Of a DNA stretch of 64,000 bases, positions 20,000-30,045 are shown one piece after another. The translations under genes were made by a program, and so were the position numbers. Numbering within the stretch: position 1 is the first letter of the stretch; the number at the start of each line of letters is the position of its first letter. Source of the DNA: Thermodesulfobacteriota bacterium (GTDB lineage Bacteria; Desulfobacterota_D; UBA1144; Nemesobacterales; Mycalebacteriaceae); the NCBI GenBank assembly GCA_965205855.1, contig OZ242184.1:928001-992000 (forward strand), written 5' to 3'. The notes beneath the pieces are model-generated. The model was not told where the DNA came from, searched no databases, and was given only the letters and a program-made list of their open reading frames with translations.

Positions 20000-20313
20000 C
20001 TTTTTTCGTTTCTCCTCTCGGCTTTGTCTTTGGCAAGAGTATCCACCACCGAGTCAATTGAAATAGCCACAAGAGTAATAATCTCAACGGTTCCCCTTGA
20101 GCAAAGCTCAACCGACACCTGACCTATGGTTTCATTGTCCGGGGCTTCGACGATATTGACAAAATCGTAATGACCGAGAGTGGCATACTGCTCAATAACC
20201 TGGACACCGAATTTTTCAAGCTCCCTGTCAACTTCTTTGATTCTCTCCGGCCTTTCCTTGACTGTTTTTCTTCCTTCGGGCGTTAACTTGCTGAGTAGAA
20301 TATAGATTGACAA
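19996..20313 (-). CDS. GYD domain protein
   Basis: YILLSKLTPEG...YATLGHYDFVNIVEAPD. Confidence 0.85.
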   Translation of the reverse strand: MSIYILLSKLTPEGRKTVKERPERIKEVDRELEKFGVQVIEQYATLGHYDFVNIVEAPDNETIGQVSVELCSRGTVEIITLVAISIDSVVDTLAKDKAERRNEKR

Positions 20314-20369
20314 AACCCTTTCCGTTCCTGTGATATAGTCTTATTTTAATTGTATCGGTTCTTTGCCAC

Positions 20370-21476
20370 ATGACAACAAGGAAAATAAATTCACTCACTC
20401 TTACTGCGTTCTTTTTTATGGTTTCGGCGTTTTGGATTGCGGATGCGCACGCTTTGTCGCGCATCGGCATTTTCGGCGGGCGGCAAAGCACGGACATCAC
20501 CGTTGAAAGCTTCAAATGGCAGTCTGGCGGAATCGGCAGAAAAGCGGTTTTTTCGGAAGTAACGCTCCGCAACAACAGCAATCTGGACTATTCCTCGGTC
20601 ACATTGAGAGCCCGGCTTCTGGTATCGGGAAAGTCAAGAGGCGGCGTTCGGGGCAAACTGAACACCGCTTTGAAAGCCTGGGAGATGAAAACATTCAAAA
20701 ATGTGCGTCTCGGAAGAATGAACTTCAATGCGGACTCCGTCTCGCTTGAGGTTGTCGGCGCAACTCTCGCGTCAGAGGACGGAAAACGGCGAAACCCTCT
20801 CAAAATAACGGATTGGGAATGGAAAAGCGGAGGGCAACAGATGGGAAGCGGAACAATTGAAAAAATTGTCATAAAAAACCCGTCAAATACTCCGTACGGG
20901 AAAGTGCGCATTCTCATAGTTCAGAAAAGAGCGGGAAAAAGACTTCAGGCTTATCCGGTAACGATAAATAAAATCGCCCGACCCGGCACGGAGACGGTTT
21001 ATGAAAACGTGAATCCAGGATTTATCCACCCTTCGGCCGACGAGATTGAAGTCTCCATCGTCTCCGCATATCCGGTCTCGGAAAAACAGATAGCTTTGAT
21101 GAGCGAAAGAGCCGGAGAGAAAAACACAAAGGCCGTAAAGTTCGGTGGCAAAGCCAAGGCCGTTCCGGGTTACGATATTGTGGTAAGAGAATTCGAATGG
21201 GGAAGCGGAGTCGCCGGTTCGCTGGGGGTTGTCAAATCTCTTGTCTTGACAAATAGAAGCGCTGTCCGATATGCGGAAGTTTCCATGGCGGTGGAGTTTC
21301 TCTCAAGAAAAGGAACGGTTGTTAACACAAAAGTTTTCAAGATAAAAAAACCACCGACACCCGGAGAAACCGTCACTTTCAAAAACTTGAAATTGGGAAT
21401 TCTAAATTACTCTCCAGAAAAAAGACTGATGAGAATATATGTTAAAGGTGGCAAGAACACAGACTTGGAACAATAA
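20370..21476 (+). CDS. Exported protein with three tandem ~90-aa beta-rich repeats
   Basis: Signal peptide ending AHA; repeats begin ITVESFKWQSGG, ITDWEWKSGG and IVVREFEWGSG. Confidence 0.75.
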   Translation: MTTRKINSLTLTAFFFMVSAFWIADAHALSRIGIFGGRQSTDITVESFKWQSGGIGRKAVFSEVTLRNNSNLDYSSVTLRARLLVSGKSRGGVRGKLNTALKAWEMKTFKNVRLGRMNFNADSVSLEVVGATLASEDGKRRNPLKITDWEWKSGGQQMGSGTIEKIVIKNPSNTPYGKVRILIVQKRAGKRLQAYPVTINKIARPGTETVYENVNPGFIHPSADEIEVSIVSAYPVSEKQIALMSERAGEKNTKAVKFGGKAKAVPGYDIVVREFEWGSGVAGSLGVVKSLVLTNRSAVRYAEVSMAVEFLSRKGTVVNTKVFKIKKPPTPGETVTFKNLKLGILNYSPEKRLMRIYVKGGKNTDLEQ

Positions 21477-21479
21477 AAA

Positions 21480-21698
21480 TCAGTCCGTTACAAGAGATGC
21501 CTTTTTCATAATATCCGCTAAGCTTTCGCTAAACGATTGAGCCCCGCTGAGAGGAATCACTATGCATGAACGACCGCCGCTCACTTCGGTTATGCGTACA
21601 TATTTTCCCTTATGGTTTTCTTTCAAGTCAAAAAAGAACTTTTTCTGTTCTATGTTAATCTGTTTACTGATATGGTCTTTTTCAAAATTTCCGCTCAT
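21480..21698 (-). CDS. PUR-alpha-like ssDNA/RNA-binding protein (single PUR repeat)
   Basis: SKQINIEQKKFFFDLKENHKGKYVRITEV..RSCIVIP. Confidence 0.8.
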   Translation of the reverse strand: MSGNFEKDHISKQINIEQKKFFFDLKENHKGKYVRITEVSGGRSCIVIPLSGAQSFSESLADIMKKASLVTD

Positions 21699-21808
21699 TG
21701 TTCACTCCCGCTAATTAAGACACTCTGACAGAAATTCTATACTACAAGCAAGCGGAGAAAAATCAAACCGGCTTGGCAGCCGCGGAAAATGAATTTATAT
21801 TGCCATAT

Positions 21809-22255
21809 ATGGCGAAAATTAAGATAGAAATGCCGGATTTTTTTCTGTTTTCCACCGATATTACCGTAAGAATAAACGACATCAACTATGGAATGCACGT
21901 TGGGCATGACTCATTTCTTACAATAACCCATGAAGCACGGGTCAGGTTTCTGAGAAGTCTCGGAGCGACCGAAGGCGATGTGTTTGGAAAAGGAATAGTG
22001 TTGTCTCACGCGGCCCTTTCATACACAAACGAGTCTTTCTACGGAGATGTGATAACGGTCAAAATAGGAGCCGGAGAGTTTAGTAAATACGGGCTGGAGC
22101 TTTTCTATCTGCTTTCCGAAAATACGCGCGAGACAGAGATAGGCAGAGTGCGAACCGGAATTGTCTTCTTTGACTACAAGAAACGGAAAGTGGCGCGCGT
22201 GCCGGCGAAATTCGCGCAAATGATTTCCAGTATCCGCGCGGCCGCGGACATTTGA
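21809..22255 (+). CDS. Acyl-CoA thioesterase (hotdog fold)
   Basis: VRINDINYGMHVGHD..HEARVRF..TGIVFFDY. Confidence 0.85.
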   Translation: MAKIKIEMPDFFLFSTDITVRINDINYGMHVGHDSFLTITHEARVRFLRSLGATEGDVFGKGIVLSHAALSYTNESFYGDVITVKIGAGEFSKYGLELFYLLSENTRETEIGRVRTGIVFFDYKKRKVARVPAKFAQMISSIRAAADI

Positions 22256-22258
22256 CGC

Positions 22259-23833
22259 CTATTTGCCATTCGGGTAATCAACCCTGAACGCAATAAACAG
22301 GTTGCCACCCCTTCTCCGGACAAGAAACCGCACCGGCTTGTTTTTATCAATGTCTTTTATCTTTGCGTTGTAATGGTCTACGGATTTTATCTCATCACCG
22401 TTCACCTTAAGCACAATATCCCCACGACGAACACCGGCATCCCACGCGGGACTGTCTCCGCGCACGTTGACCACAACAACACCGGAGCGCGAATCCAGAG
22501 CGTAACGTTCCGCAAGACCCTGAGTAACCTGAGCAACCCGTATTCCGGTTGAGGAAGATGGCTCTTGCTTTTGACGCTGTTGCCCAGTTTGCTTCTCTTC
22601 CCCAATCTCCATTCTGGCAATTTGAATTTCCAGAGTATTCTTCGCTCCGTTCCTGAAAACGACAACCTTGACCGGGGTGCCGGGTTTCAAGTCGGCGACT
22701 ATTCTCGGCAAATCGGAAGATTCTTTCACATTCCGCCCGTTGAACTTGAGTATCACATCTCCCTCTTTTATTCCGGCTTTTTGGGCGGGGCCGTCTTTGA
22801 AAACCTCGCTTATAAGAGCGCCCTCGGTCTTTTTGAGGCCAATGCCCAGCGCGAGATCTTCGGTCAATGCCTGTATTGAAACCCCTATCCATCCCCTCAC
22901 GACCGTTCCGTTTTCTTTCAACTGGCGGACGATTCCGGAAACCATGTCAATGGGAATGGAAAACCCTATTCCCTGCCCGCGCGAGGCGACCGCCGTATTT
23001 ACCGCGACTACAAGACCGTCCAGATTGAACAGAGGACCGCCGCTGTTGCCCGGATTGAGGGAAGCGTCTGTCTGTATGAAATCGTCATATGCCCCCATGC
23101 CGAGCAGTCTTCCCTTCGCGCTGACTATTCCAGCCGTTACCGTGTAACCGAAACCGAGCGGATTGCCTATTGCGATAACCCATTCGCCTATCCTCAGCTT
23201 CTCCGAACTTCCGAACCGGACGGGAACTATTTTCTCGCGCGGTTCTATTTTGATAAGGGCAATGTCCGTTTTCGGGTCCGAGCCGACAACGGACGCCTCG
23301 TATTTTGAGCCGTTTGAAAGAGTTACCTCTATTGTCTCCGCGCTCTTCACAACATGGTTGTTTGTTACGATATGTCCGGCGGTGTCAATAATGAAACCGG
23401 AGCCAAGTCCGCGGTTTTTGAATTCCCTCTCCGGCACCTGTTCGAAGAAACCCTTAAAAAACTGCTCAAATAAATCCCCTCTCCCTCCGAACGGAAATTG
23501 ACCGAAAGTCCCGACCCGCGAAACGGTTGTTGTGTTTATGTTCACAACGGACGGTTTGTGTTTTTCAACAAGTGCGACAAATGACGGAAAAACTTCTCGT
23601 ACAACAACCCTCTCCTCCGTTTTGGCTGCGGGCGGAGCGGATATTACGGATTTTTCCGCCACGGCGGGAGGTACAAACACAGACGCGGGCGGCTCGTCGG
23701 GTTTTCCAGCAGGCGGTTCAACAACGGCGCCGTCAGGAAAAACCGGCGAGGCAACAAAGGAAAAGCCCCGTGAAACGACAACGCCTACAACAACCAGTGT
23801 AAGAGCAATAAGAAGAACATTTGTTTTTTTCAT
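22259..23833 (-). CDS. degQ: DegP/DegQ (HtrA) serine protease with two PDZ domains
   Basis: GLGSGFII, TNNHVV, TDIALIK, QTDASLNPGNSGGPL, two PDZ domains. Confidence 0.93.
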   Translation of the reverse strand: MKKTNVLLIALTLVVVGVVVSRGFSFVASPVFPDGAVVEPPAGKPDEPPASVFVPPAVAEKSVISAPPAAKTEERVVVREVFPSFVALVEKHKPSVVNINTTTVSRVGTFGQFPFGGRGDLFEQFFKGFFEQVPEREFKNRGLGSGFIIDTAGHIVTNNHVVKSAETIEVTLSNGSKYEASVVGSDPKTDIALIKIEPREKIVPVRFGSSEKLRIGEWVIAIGNPLGFGYTVTAGIVSAKGRLLGMGAYDDFIQTDASLNPGNSGGPLFNLDGLVVAVNTAVASRGQGIGFSIPIDMVSGIVRQLKENGTVVRGWIGVSIQALTEDLALGIGLKKTEGALISEVFKDGPAQKAGIKEGDVILKFNGRNVKESSDLPRIVADLKPGTPVKVVVFRNGAKNTLEIQIARMEIGEEKQTGQQRQKQEPSSSTGIRVAQVTQGLAERYALDSRSGVVVVNVRGDSPAWDAGVRRGDIVLKVNGDEIKSVDHYNAKIKDIDKNKPVRFLVRRRGGNLFIAFRVDYPNGK

Positions 23834-24393
23834 TTTTTACGCTCCGATATTTTTATAACTCCTTTTGCAATAAGAATATCCGCAACTTTATCCGCAACCT
23901 CACGGGAAGAAAACCCGTCCGTTTCTATTGTAAAGCCCGCCGTTTTATAAAACCGCTCGCGAGCGGAAAAAAGCTCCGCCGCCTTTGAACACGGGTCTTC
24001 AACCTTGAGCAAAGGTCTCGGAGTATCGCCTGATATTCTCCGCATCAGTGTTTCCATTCTGGCCTTCAAGTATATAACAACTCCGCACTGTTCCATAGCC
24101 CTGCGGTTTGCGGTGGCGACCACGGCTCCGCCGCCGGTTGAAACAACTGCCGCTCCCGGTAAGGAGCAAATCTCGGCAAGCAATTCGGATTCAAGCCTGC
24201 GAAACTCCGGCTCTCCGAACGAGGAAATTATCTCCTCAATCCCGACGGAGTGCCGTTCGGCAAGCATAGAGTCCAAATCGTGGAACCTCATATTTAAAAT
24301 GCCAGAAAGAGACGAACCGACCGATGTTTTACCGGCTCCCATAAATCCTGTAAAAAAAACCTTCTCAGGAAGTTTTTCCACTGTCAAAATCAA
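23830..24393 (-). CDS. aroK: Shikimate kinase
   Basis: GFMGAGKT, GEPEFRRLE, STGGGAV, RPLL. Confidence 0.93.
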   Translation of the reverse strand: MILTVEKLPEKVFFTGFMGAGKTSVGSSLSGILNMRFHDLDSMLAERHSVGIEEIISSFGEPEFRRLESELLAEICSLPGAAVVSTGGGAVVATANRRAMEQCGVVIYLKARMETLMRRISGDTPRPLLKVEDPCSKAAELFSARERFYKTAGFTIETDGFSSREVADKVADILIAKGVIKISERKK

Positions 24394-24970
24394 TCAACCT
24401 CTCAATATATTTTGCGACAATATCGCATTCAAAATTCACTTTGTCTCCCACAGAAAGCGATGAAAAAGTCGTATGCGAGAGAGTGTGAGGTATGATGTTG
24501 ACAGAGAACCCGTTTTCCCCCGCCTCATTCACGGTCAGGCTGACGCCGTCAAGGGTTATACAACCCTTGGGAGCAACATATTTCATAAATCCGTCCGGCA
24601 GTAAAAAATTGAATTCAATCGATTCTCCCTTCGTCACAGTTGACTCAACGGCCCCGACTCCGTCTATGTGTCCGGTGACTATGTGGCCTCCCACAAGTCC
24701 GTCCGGGGTTACAGACCTTTCAAGGTTCACAACCTTTCCGGGCTTGGCTTCAAGCATCTTCGTCCTTGAAAAGGTCTCACGGGACACTTGAATGAAAAAA
24801 GCATCTTTCCCAACCGAGACGACTGTGAGGCAAACGCCGTCTACGGAGACGCTTTCCCCTGTTTTCATGGACGTGGGATCAATCGCCGAGGGCTTGATTT
24901 CCACGGTGGCGTCGCCGCCGGAAATAATGGAGGTTATCACTCCGGTATCTTGAACTATCCCCGTGAACAC
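24365..24970 (-). CDS. ribE: Riboflavin synthase
   Basis: MFTGIV start, DGVCLTV, VNLERS, GGHIVTGHIDG. Confidence 0.96.
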   Translation of the reverse strand: MFTGIVQDTGVITSIISGGDATVEIKPSAIDPTSMKTGESVSVDGVCLTVVSVGKDAFFIQVSRETFSRTKMLEAKPGKVVNLERSVTPDGLVGGHIVTGHIDGVGAVESTVTKGESIEFNFLLPDGFMKYVAPKGCITLDGVSLTVNEAGENGFSVNIIPHTLSHTTFSSLSVGDKVNFECDIVAKYIERLIDFDSGKTS

Positions 24971-25443
24971 TTTCCGCTCCGATTGAGAAAATCCACCATA
25001 ATCCCGGCCGCTCCGACTGTTATAAAGAAATCCGCAATGTTAAATGCGGGCCAATGCAACGACTCATTTCCGAACCAGTGAAAATCAAGAAAATCGGTTA
25101 CATATCCGAACAAAAATCTGTCAATGGAATTCCCTATTGCCCCTCCGAGAATAAATGAGCCGAAAAGTGCCGCGCCGCCGCCGCGTCTCATAAAGACCGC
25201 GGCAAAAACGCAAGCCGCAACAAACGCGCCACTGTAAAGAAAAGTAAGGAAGATGCCATTTAAATCCCCGAGTATCCCAAATGCGATTCCCGTATTTCTG
25301 TAATGGACAATGTCAAAAAACGACAACACATTCAGCCCCGTTCCCGGAGCAATTGCCGCGGCAACCAGCATTTTTGAAACCCTATCGCATACAACAATCA
25401 AAAAAACAACCAGAAAAAATACCGGAGTTCTGTTAGAAATCAT
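24955..25443 (-). CDS. lspA: Signal peptidase II
   Basis: NTGIAFG, GGAIGNSIDR, VTDF, FNIAD. Confidence 0.95.
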   Translation of the reverse strand: MISNRTPVFFLVVFLIVVCDRVSKMLVAAAIAPGTGLNVLSFFDIVHYRNTGIAFGILGDLNGIFLTFLYSGAFVAACVFAAVFMRRGGGAALFGSFILGGAIGNSIDRFLFGYVTDFLDFHWFGNESLHWPAFNIADFFITVGAAGIMVDFLNRSGKCSRG

Positions 25444-26003
25444 TAAACCCCTTTTCCCGGTCTTTCATGAAAAAGACATACCGAGTTGACACAATAGCGT
25501 TTTCCGGCGGGCGGCGGCCCGTCGTCAAAAATATGTCCGAGATGGGCCCCGCACCTGCCGCACAATATCTCGGTTCTTGACATACCGAATGAACCATCGC
25601 TCTTGTATGCAACGGCGCCTTTCTTTATGGAACGGGTGAAGCTCGGCCATCCGGTGTGAGAATCGTATTTGTCCTCGGAAGAAAAAAGTTCAAGACCGCA
25701 ACTTGAGCACTTGTAAACTCCGTTTTTGTAAAAACTGTTGTATTTTCCTGTGTAAGGAAATTCTGTGCCCCCTCGCCTGCATATTCTGAAACGTTTTTTT
25801 GACAAAGCATCCCGCCAGTAAACGGTGTCTTTGGCCTTCCAGTCAACACTGTCAACGTCAACTCCGGCAAGATGGGAGGGGAACCCATCGTCCGAGCGCA
25901 CATCAAAAACCGCCGCGGAAAAAATCGACACAAGCGCGAGTGCAAGAAAAACCACACGCGGAAACGGCTTTGCCGGAGGTGAGGCCGAGGAAACGCCCAT
26001 CAA
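25443..26003 (-). CDS. msrB: Peptide methionine (R)-sulfoxide reductase with N-terminal export/membrane segment
   Basis: GTE, KYDSHTGWPSF, HLGHIFDDGP, RYCVNS. Confidence 0.95.
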   Translation of the reverse strand: MMGVSSASPPAKPFPRVVFLALALVSIFSAAVFDVRSDDGFPSHLAGVDVDSVDWKAKDTVYWRDALSKKRFRICRRGGTEFPYTGKYNSFYKNGVYKCSSCGLELFSSEDKYDSHTGWPSFTRSIKKGAVAYKSDGSFGMSRTEILCGRCGAHLGHIFDDGPPPAGKRYCVNSVCLFHERPGKGV

Positions 26004-26473
26004 TCTATTCCCATTACCACAAATTCCCTCACCCCGCCCGGAGCCATAACTTTCACTTCATCGTCAACTTCCTTGCCTACAAGGGCTTTTCCTATTGGGG
26101 AAGTTACGGAGATAAGACCTTTGTCCGGATCCGTTTCGTCGGGTCCGACAAGTTGATACTTCTTTGTGTCACCGGTCTCAGTATCCTCAATGGTAATCGT
26201 AAGACCGAAAACAACTTTGTCTTTTTTCATTATAAGTTTGGGGTCAATGATCTCCGCGAGTCCGAGTTTTGCTTCAATATCCTTGATTTTCCCCTCAACC
26301 ATTGACTGTTTGTTTTTTGCGGTTTCATACTCAGCGTTTTCGGATAAATCCCCGAGGGAACGCGCGTATTCAATCTGCTTTATAACATCCGGGCGCTCAA
26401 CATCCTTAAGGTGTGTCAACTCCCGTTTGAGTTTTTCATATCCTCCTGGTGTTATTGGTATTCTGTCGCTCAT
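26000..26473 (-). CDS. greA: Transcription elongation factor GreA
   Basis: GDLSENAEY, ISVTSPIGKALVGK. Confidence 0.96.
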   Translation of the reverse strand: MSDRIPITPGGYEKLKRELTHLKDVERPDVIKQIEYARSLGDLSENAEYETAKNKQSMVEGKIKDIEAKLGLAEIIDPKLIMKKDKVVFGLTITIEDTETGDTKKYQLVGPDETDPDKGLISVTSPIGKALVGKEVDDEVKVMAPGGVREFVVMGID

Positions 26474-26497
26474 TGTTTAATCCTTCCGTAAAACAGT

Positions 26498-29400
26498 TTA
26501 TAGAATTGAACTCCAATTCTCAAAATCCTGTAGCGCGTTCACGGCAAGGCTCTCTCCCGATATTTCCTCTATGGCTCCGGCGGCGGCTTTCGCGCCCTCA
26601 ATGGTCGTAAAATACGGAACCGAACTCACAAGCGAAGTGCGCCTGATGGAAAAAGACTGAAGGACTTGTTCCTTTCCGCTGGTTGTGTTAATAACAAGCT
26701 GAACCCCGCCGTTTTTCAAAATGTCAACAATGTTGGGCCTTCCCTCCTTGACTTTTTTGACGGTTTCGCACAAAACCCCGCTTTGGAAGAGAAACCGCGC
26801 CGTTCCGGAGGTCGCGGCAATCTGAAACCCGACAGCGCTCAGACGACGGGCTATGTCAACGACGGTGTCGTTTTTATCTTCGTCCCTTACGCTTATAAAA
26901 GCGGTTCCCGAAACGGGAAGTGAATTGCCCGCAGCTATCTGGGACTTGGCAAAAGCCCTGTTCATATCGGCATCCATACCCATGACCTCTCCGGTTGATT
27001 TCATTTCGGGGCCGAGGATTGTGTCCACTCCGGGAAAACGTAGAAAAGGAAAAACCGACTCCTTCACGCAAAACATCTCTGGTTCAATCTCTTTTGTGAA
27101 CCCGATTTCCTCAAGATTCATTCCGGACATAATGTAAGTCGCCACCTTTGCAAGAGGCACGCCTATGGCTTTGCTGATAAAAGGAACCGTTCTGCTCGCC
27201 CTCGGGTTGACTTCAATGATAAAAACCTCTCCACCGCAAACGGCAAACTGCACATTGAGCAGTCCCAGAACCTTGAGTTCAAGTGCAAGCGCTTTTGTCT
27301 GGTCAATAATTTTGTCAACTGTCTCATTCTCTATCGAAACCGGAGGAGTTATCATCGCACTGTCGCCCGAATGGACTCCCGCCTCCTCTATGTGCTCCAT
27401 TACCGCACCGACCACAACCCTTTTGCCATCACAAACGGCGTCAACATCAACCTCACCGGAGTTCTTCATAAACTCGTCTATAAGTATCGGACGGTTTGGA
27501 GATACTGAAACCGCCTCTTTTATGTAGCGGACAAGGTCTTCCTCCTTGTAAACAATTTCCATCGCCCTGCCACCGAGAACATAAGAGGGGCGCACCACAA
27601 CCGGATACCCTATCTCACTGGCTTTGAGAGTCGCCTCGTCCGCGCTGTGCGCGATAGTGCCTCTGGGTTGCTTCAACCCGAGATTTGACACAAGCTTGTT
27701 GAATCTCTCCCTGTCCTCCGCAAGGTCTATGCTGTCAGGGGAAGTCCCCATTATTTTCACCCCGTGCTTTTCAAGCGGAATTGCAAGATTGAGCGGAGTC
27801 TGCCCACCGAAATTAACGATTACCCCTTCGGGTTTTTCCCTGTCAACTATTGAGAGCACGTCCTCAAGTGTAAGCGGCTCAAAATAAAGCCTGTCCGAAG
27901 TGTCGTAATCCGTGCTGACGGTTTCGGGGTTGCAGTTGACCATAATGGTCTCATACCCGCGCTCTTTGAGCGCGAACGCGGCATGGACGCAACAGTAGTC
28001 AAACTCTATGCCCTGCCCTATTCTGTTGGGCCCGCCTCCGAGAATAACAACTTTTTTAGAGTCCGTAACTGGCGCCTCGCTCTCGGTGTCATACGAGGAG
28101 TAGAGATAAGGCGTTTGGGACTCAAACTCCGCGGCGCATGTGTCCACCATCTTGTAGGAGGGAACTACTCCAAGCCTTTTGCGCTCTTGTCTTATTTCGT
28201 CCTCCGTTTTACCGGTAAAACTGGCTATGGCAAGGTCTGAAAATCCTTTTCTTTTCGCGTCTCTGAGAACTTCTTCGGGTGGAAACGACCCTTTGTGACT
28301 CCTGATGGCTTTTTCCTGCTCAACTATCTGAAATATATTGCGCAGAAACCACGGGTCTATGGAAGTGAGACGGTAGACTTCGTCCTCGTCCATGCTGCTT
28401 CGAAAAGCGTCCGCAACAAACCAGAGCCTGTCTGGCCCAGGGGTAGCAAGGTTCTGTTTTATACGCTCGGCGTCATCTGTTATATGATCAAAAAAAGGTC
28501 TGTCTGTCTCAAGAGACCGGACGGCTTTTTGCAACGATTCCTTGAAAGTTCTACCCATTGCCATTGCCTCGCCGACAGATTTCATCTGTGTGGTCAGGGA
28601 CGAGACCGTATTGGGAAATTTTTCAAATGCGAACCTCGGTATCTTGACGACAACATAGTCTATCGCAGGCTCAAATGAGGCGGGAGTGTGGCGGGTTATA
28701 TCATTTGAAATCTCATCAAGCGTGTATCCCACGGCGAGCTTCGCGGCAATTTTGGCAATGGGGAATCCTGTGGCTTTTGAAGCCAGAGCGGAGCTTCGCG
28801 AAACTCTGGGATTCATTTCAATCACAACAAAATCGCCGTTTTGCGGATTCACGCCAAACTGTATGTTAGAACCCCCGGTGTCCACCCCTATCTCCCTTAT
28901 TATTGCGACCGAAGCGTCCCGAAGACGCTGATATTCCTTGTCCGTAAGGGTCTGCGCCGGAGCGACCGTTATGCTGTCACCCGTGTGAACTCCCATAGGG
29001 TCAAGGTTCTCAATTGAGCATATGATAACGACGTTGTCTTTTATGTCTCTCATAACCTCAAGTTCAAACTCTTTCCATCCCAGAACCGACTGCTCAACCA
29101 GAATCTCTCTTATCGGACTGGAATCCAGCCCTGCCTCCGCGTAAAGAGCAAACTCTTCCTTATTGTAGGCAATGCTCCCACCGCTGCCGCCCAGAGTGAA
29201 TGAAGACCGTATAATCGCCGGAAAGCCTACTTCCTCAACCACTTTCCAGGCTTCTTCCATATTGTGGGCAAGACCGCTTTGGGGCAGCCTAAGCCCTATT
29301 TTCAACATGGCTTCCTTGAACAACTCTCGGCTTTCCGCCTTCTTTATCGCCTCCAAGCTGGCCCCTATCATGCGCACCCCGAATTTTTCAAGCGTCCCGT

Positions 29401-29713
29401 CCTCCGCGAGGCTGACGGCGGTGTTAAGTGCGGTTTGGCCTCCAAGAGTTGGCAAAAGAGCGTCAGGACGCTCTTTTTCTATAATTTTGGCAACCGTTGC
29501 GGGCTCTATGGGTTCAACATAAGTCCGGTCGGCAATCGAAGGGTCGGTCATAATCGTGGCAGGATTGCTATTTACAAGGATTGTCTTGTATCCGTCTTTC
29601 CTGAGCGCTTTGCACGCCTGAGTGCCAGAATAATCAAACTCACAAGCCTGCCCTATCACAATGGGGCCTGAGCCTATGATGAGAATGCTTTCAATATCTG
29701 TTCGCTTCGGCAT
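26498..29713 (-). CDS. carB: Carbamoyl-phosphate synthase large subunit
   Basis: [24 protein letters not shown], duplicated ATP-grasp domains, MGS domain. Confidence 0.98.
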   Translation of the reverse strand: MPKRTDIESILIIGSGPIVIGQACEFDYSGTQACKALRKDGYKTILVNSNPATIMTDPSIADRTYVEPIEPATVAKIIEKERPDALLPTLGGQTALNTAVSLAEDGTLEKFGVRMIGASLEAIKKAESRELFKEAMLKIGLRLPQSGLAHNMEEAWKVVEEVGFPAIIRSSFTLGGSGGSIAYNKEEFALYAEAGLDSSPIREILVEQSVLGWKEFELEVMRDIKDNVVIICSIENLDPMGVHTGDSITVAPAQTLTDKEYQRLRDASVAIIREIGVDTGGSNIQFGVNPQNGDFVVIEMNPRVSRSSALASKATGFPIAKIAAKLAVGYTLDEISNDITRHTPASFEPAIDYVVVKIPRFAFEKFPNTVSSLTTQMKSVGEAMAMGRTFKESLQKAVRSLETDRPFFDHITDDAERIKQNLATPGPDRLWFVADAFRSSMDEDEVYRLTSIDPWFLRNIFQIVEQEKAIRSHKGSFPPEEVLRDAKRKGFSDLAIASFTGKTEDEIRQERKRLGVVPSYKMVDTCAAEFESQTPYLYSSYDTESEAPVTDSKKVVILGGGPNRIGQGIEFDYCCVHAAFALKERGYETIMVNCNPETVSTDYDTSDRLYFEPLTLEDVLSIVDREKPEGVIVNFGGQTPLNLAIPLEKHGVKIMGTSPDSIDLAEDRERFNKLVSNLGLKQPRGTIAHSADEATLKASEIGYPVVVRPSYVLGGRAMEIVYKEEDLVRYIKEAVSVSPNRPILIDEFMKNSGEVDVDAVCDGKRVVVGAVMEHIEEAGVHSGDSAMITPPVSIENETVDKIIDQTKALALELKVLGLLNVQFAVCGGEVFIIEVNPRASRTVPFISKAIGVPLAKVATYIMSGMNLEEIGFTKEIEPEMFCVKESVFPFLRFPGVDTILGPEMKSTGEVMGMDADMNRAFAKSQIAAGNSLPVSGTAFISVRDEDKNDTVVDIARRLSAVGFQIAATSGTARFLFQSGVLCETVKKVKEGRPNIVDILKNGGVQLVINTTSGKEQVLQSFSIRRTSLVSSVPYFTTIEGAKAAAGAIEEISGESLAVNALQDFENWSSIL

Positions 29714-30045
29714 GGGAAATTCAGTCCAAGTTATACAACAAAATGCCCGACTGCAACCGCAAAGTCGAGAGACAAACCTGACAACTACACCCGTACCAGG
29801 CCTTAAATAATCAACAAAAAAGTTAACTTGGATACTTAACCAACAGAAAGCAATACTGAATATTTACAATGCTTCTCAAACTACTGGTATACTTGTATAA
29901 TTTTATACTACAAGAAAACTGTCAAATATATTTTGACAGCTTGAAAACCCGTTTGAACACTCATCGACGACAGGGGAAAATCCGTTCAAATACACGGTAT
30001 GAGAAAACTTCCTGAAACTCCGCCGCATCTACATATGGAGAGACT

